DNA of 64,000 bases. It comes from Eledone cirrhosa. Lineage: Eukaryota. Both the position numbers and the translations under genes were made by a program. The notes under the pieces were generated by a model. That model made no database searches. It saw only the letters and a program-made list of their open reading frames with translations, and was not told the DNA's origin. The stretch covers positions 307,148,001 through 307,212,000 of the forward strand of contig OZ024742.1 in assembly GCA_964016885.1 (NCBI GenBank). Reading direction: 5' to 3'. Within the stretch, counting starts at the first letter, position 1, and each line of letters begins with the position of its first letter. Positions 12,598-25,297 of the stretch are shown here, one piece after another.

Positions 12598-13176
12598 TAC
12601 ACTCGGGTCTCAAATAATTGTTTCTACTTTAGGCACAAGGCCAGCAATTACCCAGTGCATTACTGGTACTTTATTTTATCTACCCCGTAAGGATGAAAGG
12701 CAAAGTCAACCTCGGCGGGATTTGAACTCAGATCGTAAAGGGACGTAACTATGCTGGAAAGCATGGCGTCCGACCCTCTACCAATACTGCCAATCCACCG
12801 GGTCTCAAATAATGGTGGGGGGAATAAGCGGTGGGATTGGAATCAAAGGAAAATCGGCAATTGTTCTAGGTTCTGTCCGTTGATTTTTTTTAAATACCAG
12901 AATTAGTTGTTTTGTTTACATATTGAGAGCCCAACCCATCCTATTTATTTTATAAAGAATGGGATTTCTAGTAATGTTCTTTTTTGTCAAGTACAATGTT
13001 TTTTAATGCCTAAAGAAAATTAATTGTTGCAGGAATGCTACCACTTAAAATAAAATTTCGCCAGACATAGAGTAGCAAAATTTAATAAACAGTGGTAAGG
13101 GCGGGCGCTTGGTAAAATAGATGAAAAATTAATAAGCGAGATTGGGGGGGGGGGGGGTATTCGAGATCCGAGAGTA
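12598..13176. mobile_element. TA-flanked MITE (Tc1/mariner/pogo type)
   Basis: Imperfect TIRs TACACTCGGGTCTCAAATA and TATTCGAGATCCGAGAGTA; no ORF. Confidence 0.7.
12619..12798 (-). mobile_element. SINE inserted in a MITE
   Basis: 15-bp TSD CGGGTCTCAAATAAT at 12604-12618 and 12799-12813. Confidence 0.92.
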
Positions 13177-13374
13177 CCTACTTACGTTTTGTTTCTTTCT
13201 TTTAATTTTGAGTTTATTTTTTAGCAATGTTGGTTGGACGAGACTTTTTGAGGCAATATTTTACAACCTGGCACCCTTCCTGACATTAACCCTTTTAGTC
13301 GTTCTTACGACACACAGGAAAACGATGTTCCTATTCTAAACAGGACACATGATAATTCACTCGATCTGTATGTA

Positions 13375-14045
13375 TGTATAACGGAATACTCCTATATTTT
13401 ACCGACGAAGATTCGAAACCGAATCTGAGTTTTCCCGCCTCTGGGACACTCAATGGTTGGAGGTTCTCGCCTTTGTCCTGTCCGCGATGATGGATGACAT
13501 TCTATTTGACCTGTGACCCCAACCCTTTGGGAGATGCTAACCACAGGTCAGATCATATATCCATCCTTCTAACTTTAGCACCTATTATAAATACAAGGAC
13601 TGAGGGAACAAAGGGAGAAGAATCGAAGCAGCCATCAAGAAGATAACTATGTGGAGTCAGTAGATCTTTCACGCTATCTTTCTCCTGGCCCTCACTGGCT
13701 TACCTTCTCAGCCAGACAGCCAGTCATGCCTGCCTGACAGATTATCTTATTCTCATAGTAGTAATGGTCAAACTAAGTATAGACACACACGCATAGTAAG
13801 TTCATATTGTTATATTATACTCTCATCCTGCCATATTGTATCTGCAAGACACAACCCAACATATATTATATCGTCTTCTCTGACATACATTTACGTAGCT
13901 CGTAGCAGCTACCAATTTATTGTACGGATATGTTTGTGTCATAAATTCTATCATTTGATGTTCAAATCGAATATTATTATAAAATAAACAGTTAACTCAA
14001 TCATGGCATTATTCTTTTCATCCGAACACTCATCGAATCAACACA
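13375..14045 (+). mobile_element. Possible solo LTR
   Basis: TG...CA ends, TATAAATA near 13585, AATAAA near 13983, GC higher than flanks; no clear TSD. Confidence 0.35.
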
Positions 14046-14063
14046 ACTATTTATATATGTATG

Positions 14064-14812
14064 TACGAGGTTTGTCCCCAAAGTAAGCGTATAGATTTTC
14101 CTATGCACGATCTGGTAATGCAGCACCACTTTGATGTATATAAGTGTTTTGATTATGACCTTGGCTGCACGTATATACTTGTTTAAATATGATCGATCGA
14201 GCCAGTCGTGAGTTATTGTTGTTTATGTACATTTTTATAACCTCAGTTATGCTTGTTATACAGGAAAATATCGAACAACTGTATGCGATCAAATTCTGTG
14301 TGAAACTCTGCCACTGAAACTTTTAATACATTAATGGTTTCTTATATAGGCACAGGGCCAGTAATTTGGGGGGAGGGCAAAGTCGATTAAATCGACCCCA
14401 GTGCGTGACTGGTACTTTATTTTATCGACCCCATAAGGATGAAAGGCAAAGTTAACCTCAGCGGGATTTGAGCTCAAATCATAAAGAGCCGTAACTCTAT
14501 GCTGCAAAGCATGGCGTCCGACCCTCTACCGATACTGCCAATCCACCGCCCTCGAAACTTTTAATTCATTAATACAAGCTATGGAGATGCCACTCTATCG
14601 AGAAATAAGGTTTCTAAATGGCACAAAGCTTTCAAAGAGAACTTCATTCTGGAAGGCAATCTCGTCAACAAACGAAGAAAATGTGGAAGTAGTGTAAGCG
14701 GTGATGGCGAAAGATTGCCGATGAATTGTTAGGATGATTGCAGCAGAAATGAGCTTGGATAAAAATGTAGTTCACGGAATTTTAGCAAATCATTTGCACA
14801 TGTGAAAAAATA
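14064..14812 (+). mobile_element. Truncated mariner transposon (HTH region) interrupted by a SINE
   Basis: TACGAGG start; EQLYAIKFCVKL, YGDATLSRNKVSKWHKAFKE, IVRMIAAEMSLDKNVVHGIL. Confidence 0.85.
14336..14551 (-). mobile_element. SINE inserted in mariner
   Basis: 20-bp TSD GAAACTTTTAAT(A/T)CATTAAT at 14316-14335 and 14554-14573. Confidence 0.92.
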
Positions 14813-15019
14813 AAAGAATATATTCTAAATACATAAATTCCTTTATTGAGCTGTGGTAGGGAAGACTCTTTACTACTGCTGGTGCCACGATAAAATTCAC
14901 TCAGAATAGTGCAGGATCGTTTGTTGTGTCTTCAGCCCACCTGGACATCAATGGTTCCTGTTGAGTACTGACTAGTCCACCACAATACTCTTGCTAGCAG
15001 TGAAAACTGATTATATATA

Positions 15020-15498
15020 CAAGCAGAAAAACCACCCTCGGGTGGTTTTCTGCTAGCATGTGTAGTGTGTATATTGATATTATGCGCAAGTATATATGCA
15101 TGTAAATATGATAAAATAAAATCGTAATTGACAATATACACAGAAATTGAACGAAGACTGCTTTACATTGTCTTATGTAATCAGTAACGTAATCCATGAT
15201 ACATTAAAAAAAGACGATATTATATATAAACTGCATTAGGAGAAAATTAGTGACAGAAATATATGAATATTTATTCAAGCGGGCGCTAAACGGAGGTGTT
15301 GACATTTGAAAATTTTAAAGAAGTGAATCTTTAAATAAGTAATAAAATATATTTAATGAACAGCCACGAAATTTAGTAGATAAATTATGTAGTATTCATT
15401 CATTATTTATTCAAAGTAATCCAACTTATTTTACTAATGGGATAAAAAAATTATAAACCGTATGCAGTCACGCGCTCCTTACTTTATTATAGTTTAGA
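15020..15498 (-). mobile_element. Non-autonomous Helitron-like element
   Basis: 5' TCTAAACTATAATAAAG, GC-cored 3' hairpin, CTTG end (variant of CTAG), sitting between A and T. Confidence 0.55.
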
Positions 15499-15534
15499 TA
15501 TATATATATATATATATATATATAATAAGATCGA

Positions 15535-15915
15535 CTGGCCATATCCTACGAATGACTCAGTACATGAGGTAGTCAACTTCATAATGGTACTCGTAACGTA
15601 GATGTAAATACAAACTGATGTACAATCTTAAATCTGTGAACATATCTTCTACTTCTTTTGAAGCCCTAGCTGCTGACTGCAGAAAATGGAGAACTCTCTA
15701 CAATGAAGGTATAAGGAACTTTGAAAAACCTCATCTGGCCCACCTTCATGATCTAAGATCTAACACCAAAATCTGATCAAACCATCCATCCTGCTCCACT
15801 CAAAATCCTGTCATCTGCACGAAATGCAACTTCATGTGTAAATCAGGCATAACCATAAAAATTGAACTGAGAAAACTAATGAACCCTCATGCATCAACGT
15901 ACAATGAGACTCCAT
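15535..15915 (+). mobile_element. Decayed RTE/BovB-like LINE 3' fragment
   Basis: FEALAADCRKWR...EGIRNFE and a terminal CxxC (CTKCNFMCKS). Confidence 0.6.
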
Positions 15916-16080
15916 CATATATCTATATATATATATATATTTTTTTTTCAGTGTGGTCTACCTTTGGTGGTAGGGTCCATACTGTAGATAGAACTCAATG
16001 TAATCCAATGACGAGTAATCCAGTGAAATCCATAGAGAAGTTCAGTCTTCCGCTGAGTTAATTCTTTAAAGATTCTAACT

Positions 16081-16210
16081 TCATTATTTCCGAAGAAGAC
16101 GGCCTGATCGAACCTATATATGAGATCTGATAGTATACAGTTATATAACTGTTATAGATCAGACAATATGTCAATATGATCAAGCCTCCGAAACGATCGT
16201 AAAACAATGA
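16081..16210 (+). ncRNA. Mutated type I hammerhead ribozyme with long stem II
   Basis: Stem I TCATTATTT/AAACAATGA, CCGAAGA (U4 changed to C), GGCCTGATC/GATCAAGCC, GAAA-CGATCG-TA. Confidence 0.65.
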
Positions 16211-17300
16211 TATGAATAGGTAAAATAACTTGATTTTGTTGTTTTTATTTTCATTGTTAATTTAATACCTAATAATATATATATATATATATAAAAGAAG
16301 GAAGAAAAAGGAATAATTTTTTTCATTAATTGTTTTTTTAATATTCATCCTCAAAAATATATTAACAACATTTTACAGATTTGTGAAAGAAAAAGAGAAA
16401 AAACTTCATTCAACATAAAGAATAAACAATAATTCTTGTTTTCTCATGTTCTTTCAATTTTCTTTCATAAGTAGAAAATTTTCAATAATTTTGATAATTT
16501 TTAATATGAAAGATAAAGAGAAAACTTTAAAGAGAACAAATGAAACATTTTTTTTTTTTTTATATTTTTAAATTTCTGCTTCATATGGAATGTTTCTAAG
16601 TATTTATTTTTATATCTCTTTTTTTTATTTTTCAGATGAGTCTTTGAAAATAAGGAATATTTAATTAATCAATGTAAAACAATCAACGCTAATGAACACC
16701 AAACAGTTCTGTAGTCATTAATGTAGCTTTGTTGATATGCTAGTTTTTCCAATGAGTGAAATGTTTCGTTGAAATATTTTTTATGTATTCCTATATGTGA
16801 CAAATGACAAATCTAGTGAAATACTAACTTTAGATGTCAACTAATTATAGTTGTATTATCGAACTACTATTCAAATCAATGCTAATATATACATTTATAT
16901 ATTTAATAAATTTAAACATCCGTATAAGCTAGTAAGCCATGACAGATTAAAGAGGTATATAATACCCCCTTATAATTAAGAAACAAATTTAAAAGAGAGA
17001 AAAAAACAAATGCAAATCAACAGTATTTTCAAACTGAAGTAATTAATATCCATCAAACTAAACCCAACCTGACTCACTAGATACATATCTCATTAGACAT
17101 AAAATAAATCTAATCACACCCTTTAGATCAACATCCCAAAACATTCCCAGCATAACAACCAAATATGGTTACTGGTAGGGTGTGACAGACATTCTCAGGT
17201 TGCAGCCATTGTATTACATGGTTTCTATATAACTTCATAGCAAGGACCACAATATATATGTGAATGTGTGTGTATAGATATATAGATATATATTTATATA

Positions 17301-18031
17301 TACAAGGGGCATTCAAAAGGTTAGTGGAAAATGTCTTTTAAAGGAACTCTATGCAAATATTTTGCTACTTGCTTGCAGCAACTTAAACATGTACATATCT
17401 GTTTTAACATGTATCTGGAAAACATTTGAAGCAATAAATTGAAATTTATGCAATTTTAAATGTAAAACTTGGTTGGAAGACAAAGGACATTTTCGAAGCT
17501 TGGAGAAATGTTTATGACGATACTTCCCCTAAATTATCAACAATTTACAAATTGATAGTTTCAAAGAAGGATGAGATGGAGTTGAAAATGATGAATGGAC
17601 AAGCAAGCCATCAACATCAGTTTCTGAAGAAAGGAGCAATGCTGTTCGAGATTTAAGGAAAGTGCCCTGGAAAACTTCATCAGGGAGTTCTTTTCTACCA
17701 TGACAATGCCCCTGCCTAATCTTCTTGTCAAACAAGGGGAACCTTGCGGGAATATTTGTGGTAAATTGTTAAACATCCATCCTACAGTCCTGATTTAGAA
17801 CCTTTTGATTTTTTTTTTTTACTTCCTAAATATTAAAAGAAAATTAAAAAGTACCCAAATTGAGACCATTAATGATGGAAAACCCTCAGTTCTATCAAGG
17901 TAGTATAAATGGCTGGTATCATTGCTTACAAAACTGCCTTGATGTTGATGGAGAAATAAAACTTTTACATAAAATAGTTTGTTTTCTTTTTTTATTTTAT
18001 TTTTCCACGAAATTTTCGAATGCTCCACGTA
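17301..18031 (+). mobile_element. Internally deleted mariner element
   Basis: ~30-bp TIRs with TA ends; HDNAPA and HPSYSPDL motifs. Confidence 0.88.
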
Positions 18032-20599
18032 TAACAACAAGTGGACAATAATGATGATAAAAGTGAATCAGAAAAATCGCCTTAATATAAAAAGTGTGTG
18101 TGCATCATCATCTGTCTGTGTGTGAGAGTGAGAGTGAGCAAGAGAGAGACTAAGCAATCTTTGTGATTCATTGTTATTGTTATGAGCCACTTGCTTTATC
18201 AAATAAAATATTTAACTTGTTTCTATACAAAAGTAATTATGATATTTTTGAGATCATATTAGGTTGAGCATATTGATTTCTTACTTTCACATAAACACAA
18301 AGCTTTAAAAGAAGGGAGCAAACATGATGCTCATACATGTACATGATGTTCATACATGTACAAAGATAATAGATGTATTTCACAATAGAAACAGTACAAG
18401 TGGAGTAAAATGGATTCAGCTGGAACTAGCTCAAAGTGTTAGTTTTGACTTACCAGACACTTATACTGTATATATATAAATGTATAATTCTACTTCACAT
18501 ATAAAGTGATCCTTGATTTTCATATTGTCTGCACTATGTGCCATACATATTCATCTATAATATGACAATGATTTTCAGATTTTCTACACTATGTATGGTA
18601 GAAACTCATATAAAATGTAGGCCCTGATTTTTTCATAGATTTCATGTATAATATGAACCTTGCTTTTGAACAATACTGGTTGGCCTATCATTGTAGAACA
18701 CATCAGTGCTGGATAAAATCTTAGATATGTTTTTGAACAAATAAATATCAGTAATGAGGCAGATTATCTGACTAAAACTTTTCAGCTGTACAACGCAGTA
18801 TCCTTAGTTTCCATGTTATTTTATATATAGCTACTTAAATATATATTTATACAAATGAATTAAAACCCCCGAGAGTAGGAAATCGGCAGAAATATTTGCT
18901 GTCGTTCATGTCTGACTACAGTGGTGATAGCACTGTTATTTATAGGCTATCTATGAAAAGTTGTCAATACTACTAAGGTTAGTGACCCTGGTAGGTGATG
19001 GTCAATGAGCATGCATTAATACCAACCCCTTCTCCTAACAAATACCTGCTAACCTTTATTTTTTACATAAAAGTTTGATCATTAAAACTCACACTATTCT
19101 CAAGTATATATGATAGGGTATATAACTCTACATTGCTTTCTTGTGTACAGTGACCAACAAACTGCAGTTATTTATTGTGTCTAAGGTAGAAGACACTTTA
19201 CAGGACACTGGTGTATTTTTAGTGCTCACTTTATCATATTTATAATACCATAATTTTATGGAACTTATTTGTTTTATATTAGCCATGTGCTAAACTGAGA
19301 AATCAATTTAATATTGTAAAAACAAAATAAAAGAAGAAAAAATGGTTATGAGTTGCTGTTGTTTAGTCCTATATCAGCTTTTATTCTGTAGACATAAAAC
19401 TAAAGGGAGCCAAGACTTTCTCATCTTTTTATATATCTCACACTAAACTAGTTAATATGTCCTTTTTGTTAAACATATAGGGCATAATTTGAAGGAGTTT
19501 GGATGCTATTTATAGTAAGTCAAGTAGTTATATAAAGGTTCTTTCATTGGCTTGAAACAGTGAGTTGATAGAATGGTAAATCAGTAGACTAAATATCTTA
19601 CAGCATTTAGTTTTGACCTCCTGTATGTTAAGTTTTATCCTATGTGTATCAATATTACATCAAGCTTAATACAATTGGCTGTTCCCTCTGGTTTTTGAAA
19701 AACTGACCTTATAATAAGGTCAAAATAAACTACTATTTAACTGCTAAAACATTTGATCATGTCAGAAATTATATAAGCAACATAACCAGAGAAATACACA
19801 ATTAAAACCTCAATATGGATGTAGTTTATTAAATATCATTCCATAAATCTTATCAATTCTATGATAATACCACAGACATATATAGCTGAATCACTATAAC
19901 AAAAAAACTACAGCAGAACAGTTAATAGTTCTACAATGTGTATTTACATAATCTATATGTACACAGTTAAGTAAGTATACTGGACTAATTACTGTAGAAA
20001 TATATACATAGTTATGAATATACAATATATAAAAAACCAGAAAAAATATATCTCCATCATATGAAAAAAAAATGTACTACTTCAGAAATATGCTATTGTA
20101 TCTCACTAAGACATATGTGGCTAACCCGAGTCAGTATTTTGTCATACAATAACTCGGAGATATAAAATGTGTGTCATATTAAAATATTTAGCTAAGTCAG
20201 CAGTATAATAGAATACTATATTTACATTATAGCTTTGAAGTTAGTGGTTAGTGTGTAACAGAGAAAATTGCACTGCTACAGACACACCATATATAGAGAT
20301 GAGGAGGAACTCTAGATGGAGGGAAGATGAAATAGATGCAAGCCAAGAAAGACTTGGGAAGAAGTCATAAAAGTGAATCTCAAGATGCTGAATCTCAAAG
20401 ATGAGAAAGGAATATGGGAAGGGGAATTCATCCAACACATGCCAGCATGGAAAAAAGAAGTAAAAAATGATGGTGAGGATGATCATATATAGATAGATAT
20501 ATAACCAGCATGTTTACTTATGTTATATATATATATATATATACATATATCATGATGACAGTGATAATAAATATATATATTATTATTATTATTATTATT

Positions 20600-20822
20600 T
20601 ATCCTTACAGGGTCAATAAAATAAAACACCTGTAATGCACTGGGGTTGATTTAATCGACTTTTCCCTCCCCTCAAATTGTTGACCATGTGCCTAAATCAG
20701 AAATCCTATTATTATTATTATTAACTTTGCCTTTCACCCTTACAGGGTCGATGCCATAAAGTACCAGTAATACACTGAGATAATTGCTGGCCTTGTGCCA
20801 AAAGTAGAAACAATTATTATTA
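20600..20822 (+). mobile_element. Two tandem 5'-truncated SINE 3' halves with (ATT)n tails
   Basis: Both carry the CCTTACAGGGTC core and a TGTGCC...AGAAA tail. Confidence 0.8.
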
Positions 20823-21029
20823 TTATTTCATTAGTTCTATTTTCATTGCACTCTTTCACTGCACTACAGAATGCAGCTGTTTTGTCTGAGTTAATCAGAT
20901 GGAGGAAGACCACTCTTGACACATTTTATGGCCCTTGAGTCTGGAGGTAAGAAGGAAGGAAGTTATCCTTAGATTGAAGGACTGGTTTGAATGCTTGCAA
21001 CAGAGTCAGATTCTATTAAAGGCACACAT

Positions 21030-21337
21030 GGCCCAGATAGTAGTCATGTATATTGTGATGGAGAAGACTTAACTAAACATTATCCCAGATAGTAGTGGAG
21101 TGTATTGTAAATGGGAGGTTTCAACTAAACATTGCTCAGATAATAGTCATTTATATGATAAAGCAGGGGTGTCTTCACTAAACAGGACACAGATAGTGAT
21201 GGTTTACATCATGAAAAAGAGGCCTGAACTAAACACCACCAAAACAGTTGTAATATATACTGCAAAGGGGAGATCTGAACTAAACACCACCAAAACAGTT
21301 GTAATATATACTGCAAAGGGGAGATCTGAACTAAACA
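21030..21337. repeat. Degenerate ~51-bp tandem repeat, about 6 copies, last two identical
   Basis: AACTAAACA anchors at about 51-54 bp spacing. Confidence 0.75.
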
Positions 21338-22056
21338 AAATAAACATCATATCATATATGTAAACAAATCATAATTAATATTCCAAAATGATCAAATATA
21401 ATGGAAGAAGCAGAAGAAACACAAAAAGAAATCTGTTGATTATTTCTGCAGTTTAAACATTCTAGATGAAAAATAGTTAAGTGAATGGTTAGCTTTGCTT
21501 GGAGGTGACAGGGTAAACTAATTAAGATATTAGAAGCCTTTTTTTCTGTTGCTTAGCCCCAGGTCAACCATGGTTAAACAGTCCTATGGTCAAAGGCATT
21601 CAAATGGAGATGAGTATATTTATAGACAATAAAACCTTAAATGGGATACTATCAATTTAACATTTAACAACAGATTATATACCAATCATTTGACAAGATC
21701 CCAGGCATCATTCACTTCCCAAATGGGGTGGAATTCATCAAATCGGATCAAGGAAACAATGTTTCCATTGGTCTTTCCATTGCTGATACCATCTACCAGG
21801 CACAGCACCTAGCAGAAAGGGCAATGGTCCAGGAATCAAAGTTGCAACCTCACCATTGCAAATCTAATTCTCTAACCACTAGACCACATGGGTAACAACA
21901 GATTTTTTTTTTTTTTCAATCCAGGGCCTTTTCACTCCTACCGGAGGAATCCCTCCCTGATTGACTTCCACCATTTTCTGTTTTGGTTTGGGTCATGTCA
22001 GGTGTGTAGCTGTACTCACCACACTTGGCCAATTAAGGGTTGGTGAGGAACAACAG

Positions 22057-22150
22057 ATTACACAGGTAATATTAATAAAATTACACAGATAATATTATTA
22101 ACACTACACAGGTAATATTAATAAGATTACACAGGGAATATATTAATAAG
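22057..22150. repeat. ~23-bp tandem repeat, 4 copies (ATTACACAGGTAATATTAATAAG)
   Basis: Directly visible. Confidence 0.85.
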
Positions 22151-22606
22151 GTATCATTTAATTCATTTCACAGTGTTAGCTTTCGCTAAGTAATCAGAAA
22201 GCCAATTCATTCACAACTCTGACCCACAAGGAATTTCAACACTGGTCTTTAATGGGGAACTCATCACAGTATTTATATGTGAGCAAGGCATGATCATCTG
22301 GCATGTCTGGCATCATAATGTGACAGCCCATACAAACATGGAAAATAGATATTAAAAGGTGGTGTTGATGGTGTTGATGATGATAATGATGGTCATGATG
22401 ATGCTACCAACATCTGTATTTGATTTGATTTTTTTTTTTTTTTTTTGCTTTGTTTTGTCCCACACCCAATAGATCTGGAAACTACAACAGAAATGTATTA
22501 ACAATTCTAACAGAAATCAACAATAATTTAACTATAAAGTTTGTTATTTAATAAAAATTAAATAATTCTTTCAGATGAAGGTATTGAGTCATGTATGTAT
22601 GTATTT

Positions 22607-22637
<31 letters not shown>

Positions 22638-22699
22638 TATATATATATATGCACACACATAAAAAAAAAAGTGTGTGTGAGAGAGAGAGCGAGAGAGAA

Positions 22700-23277
22700 G
22701 GATGGCAGCTATATAAAAGGTGCAAAGTGATCAAAGTCAATGGAAGATGTGGAGTAGGGAGACCCAAGAAGAATTGGGATGAGGTGATAAAAGCTGACCT
22801 TGCCTAATTGCACCTCTCAAAGGCGATGACACAGGAGCGACTTCCAAGGGCACAGGCCAAAGCTGAACCATATATATATATAGTATGCACCACTGCATTC
22901 CACCCACTCCCATACATCTCCCATGAGGACAAGCTGAAGTATACATCCAGTGAAGCCTCCAGCCCACACTGAAAAGTGGTCATGATGGTGTCACGACAAA
23001 AAGAGCCCAGCCAACATTGTAAAGTGGTCATGATGGCGACACAGTAAAAAGCACCCAGCCCACACTGTAAAGTGATAGTGTAGGCATCACAACAAAGAGC
23101 ACCCAGAACTCACTGAAAATGAGGTTGGCACTAGGAAGGGCATTCAGCTGTAGAAACCAAGCCAAAGTCGATTCTGCATGAGCAAGACATGGTCACTTGA
23201 CCTGGCATTGCTTACAACAGGATAACTCTTCTAACCCATGCCAACATGACAAATGGACATTAAGCAGTGATGATGAT
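22700..23277 (+). mobile_element. 3' end of an RTE LINE of the same family as 61080-63591
   Basis: GRCGVGRPKKNWDEVIKADL followed by the same repeated AAAAAGCACCCAGCCCACACTG 3' UTR and a GAT tail. Confidence 0.88.
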
Positions 23278-25121
23278 ATACACACACACATGCACACAAA
23301 CACACAACTTGGTGCTAAATTGATTAATCTTTTGAAACTGCGGTATATCCACACTTATATGAGATTCAAATGGTAGTAAAGGTTATTCATTCAGGAAACA
23401 AAAATGGGAGCTGAGTGTCAGTTAATATTGTATATCAATGAGATCAATTTTCATTGTTTGACAACAAACATGTGACAGACTGCAACCAGTGCTAGTTAAG
23501 TTATGATGATGGACTTACCTGGCCTATGAGGCCCTGTGCTTAAGCACACCTAAGCACAATGGTAAATCCAGTACTGTTTACAACATTCCCAATCTGGACC
23601 ATTTGGTAATTGGAGTAAACTGAGGTATTATATTGTCTGTGGTAGGGGAAGCAATTACTAGCATGGATGGGGAAGTGGATTAAGATGAGGTCAACAGGCT
23701 GCCTTCTAATGAGTTATTACACAGGAAGCTACTTTGTCAAGATAATATTATTCTAATAATTAGACAATATTTTTGGATTTCTAATTCAGTAGTCTGCCTG
23801 GCTATGTAAAAATATGGAATTCCCCAGTTAGTCATAATGTGTATTTTCTTGTTCCCTTAATTGTTACTCTTGGTTAATCCTAGATCACTCACCCCTGATG
23901 AACTCAACCTATGATCAAAAGGACTCCAGCCATGACCATTTTCCTGATGAAGGCTAGAAGAGGTAACTAGCCTAAACCACCAAGATCACGAGAGATCATC
24001 TAGTTTCACTAATATACACACTCTGCATCTTACCATGTATTGGGTACTTCTTTGATTTGTGGTCTTCCCGGTCCCAGTACCACAGACTATCTATATATAT
24101 ATATATATCTATCTATCTATCTAAGGCGGGTAAAATTCCCGAGATCCATGGACGAGTTCTCTCCAGCGGTCTCTGTCCCTCATTATCGCTGCCATATCCT
24201 GCATCTCCAACAGACCAGTGTCTGTCCTTATATATATATTGATGTTTAATATACATTATTCCAAGCTTTTATGGCTGGCATAAGTTTATTCTTTGTTTTT
24301 AAGAGCATCTGATATTTACAGAAGGATGCCTTTTCTGTTATTAACTACTTGACAATAAAGGAGGGGACATCATGTTTAACTGACAGATTATTAACTATCA
24401 AAGTCTTTCATTGCACAAGTTGTATTTTCTAACAGTACCATATAGGATTAAGTGTCAAATGTTATTCAGCAGTCATCAATCAAAGACATCATCATAAGGT
24501 CAATGGGAGCCAATTAGCCCTGCCAAGAACATAACCTCCTCTGGTGCTGGTGGTGCCATTATAAAATACATCCAGTACACAGTAAAGTAGTTGGCATTAG
24601 AAACAGCATCCAGTCATAGAAATCATACCAAAAATGGGACATTTTCGAGCAACCTCTCCAACCAATCTACCAGAGTGGTAACTCTAAAGAAGAACTGACT
24701 CAAAACTATAACAACCCATACAAACTATGCCTATGTGGGAGGTAAACATATGATGATGATGATGTTACAAAATACAACAAAGTGAATCTAACAGTATATG
24801 TGTGTGTATGCGTGTGGATATGTTTGGATATGTTTGTGCGTATGTGTGTGTTTTAATTTTACATTAGAATTCTGCCACAATGTAAATGCTTCAGTTTCAA
24901 CGTATCTTTCCAAATACATAGTATGTACAACTTTTTAAAATAACGGTCTGAAACTTCAATATCATTCTAAGTAAGAATTACCCCATAAAATTTCAAGAAA
25001 TTAAATATGAATGACATAAAATATATGAGAAGAAAACAGAATGTAAATGATTTATAGTTAAGTAAAAATGGTTTCCTTTCAGCATTAATGAATAATGTAT
25101 CATATCACAGCAGCAAAATCT

Positions 25122-25275
25122 TTAGATGATTCTTTCCAAACCCACATTCTTGGTCTTGTAGCCAAACAGCATTTTAATGAAACGAATACAATATTTAATC
25201 TCAAATTTCTGGCGATTCTTGCTGTAAACATTCATTAGGATTCCTAACACCACGATTAAACCAGACCAGAGGTAA
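25122..25275 (-). CDS. SLC35B3: SLC35B3 last coding exon
   Basis: TTTTATCTAG acceptor; split codon CA|T continues the frame into YLWSGLIVVLGILMNVYSKNRQK...LERII then TAA; resembles recalled vertebrate YVWSGLLVVLGIFLNVYSKN. Confidence 0.92.
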
Positions 25276-25297
25276 CTAGATAAAATAAATAAAAATA

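Noticed and set aside
13398-13435. Hammerhead-like CCGACGA-hairpin-GAGT (and CTGATGA near 5813)
   Set aside because: Core boxes mutated or incomplete, and no convincing stem I or III
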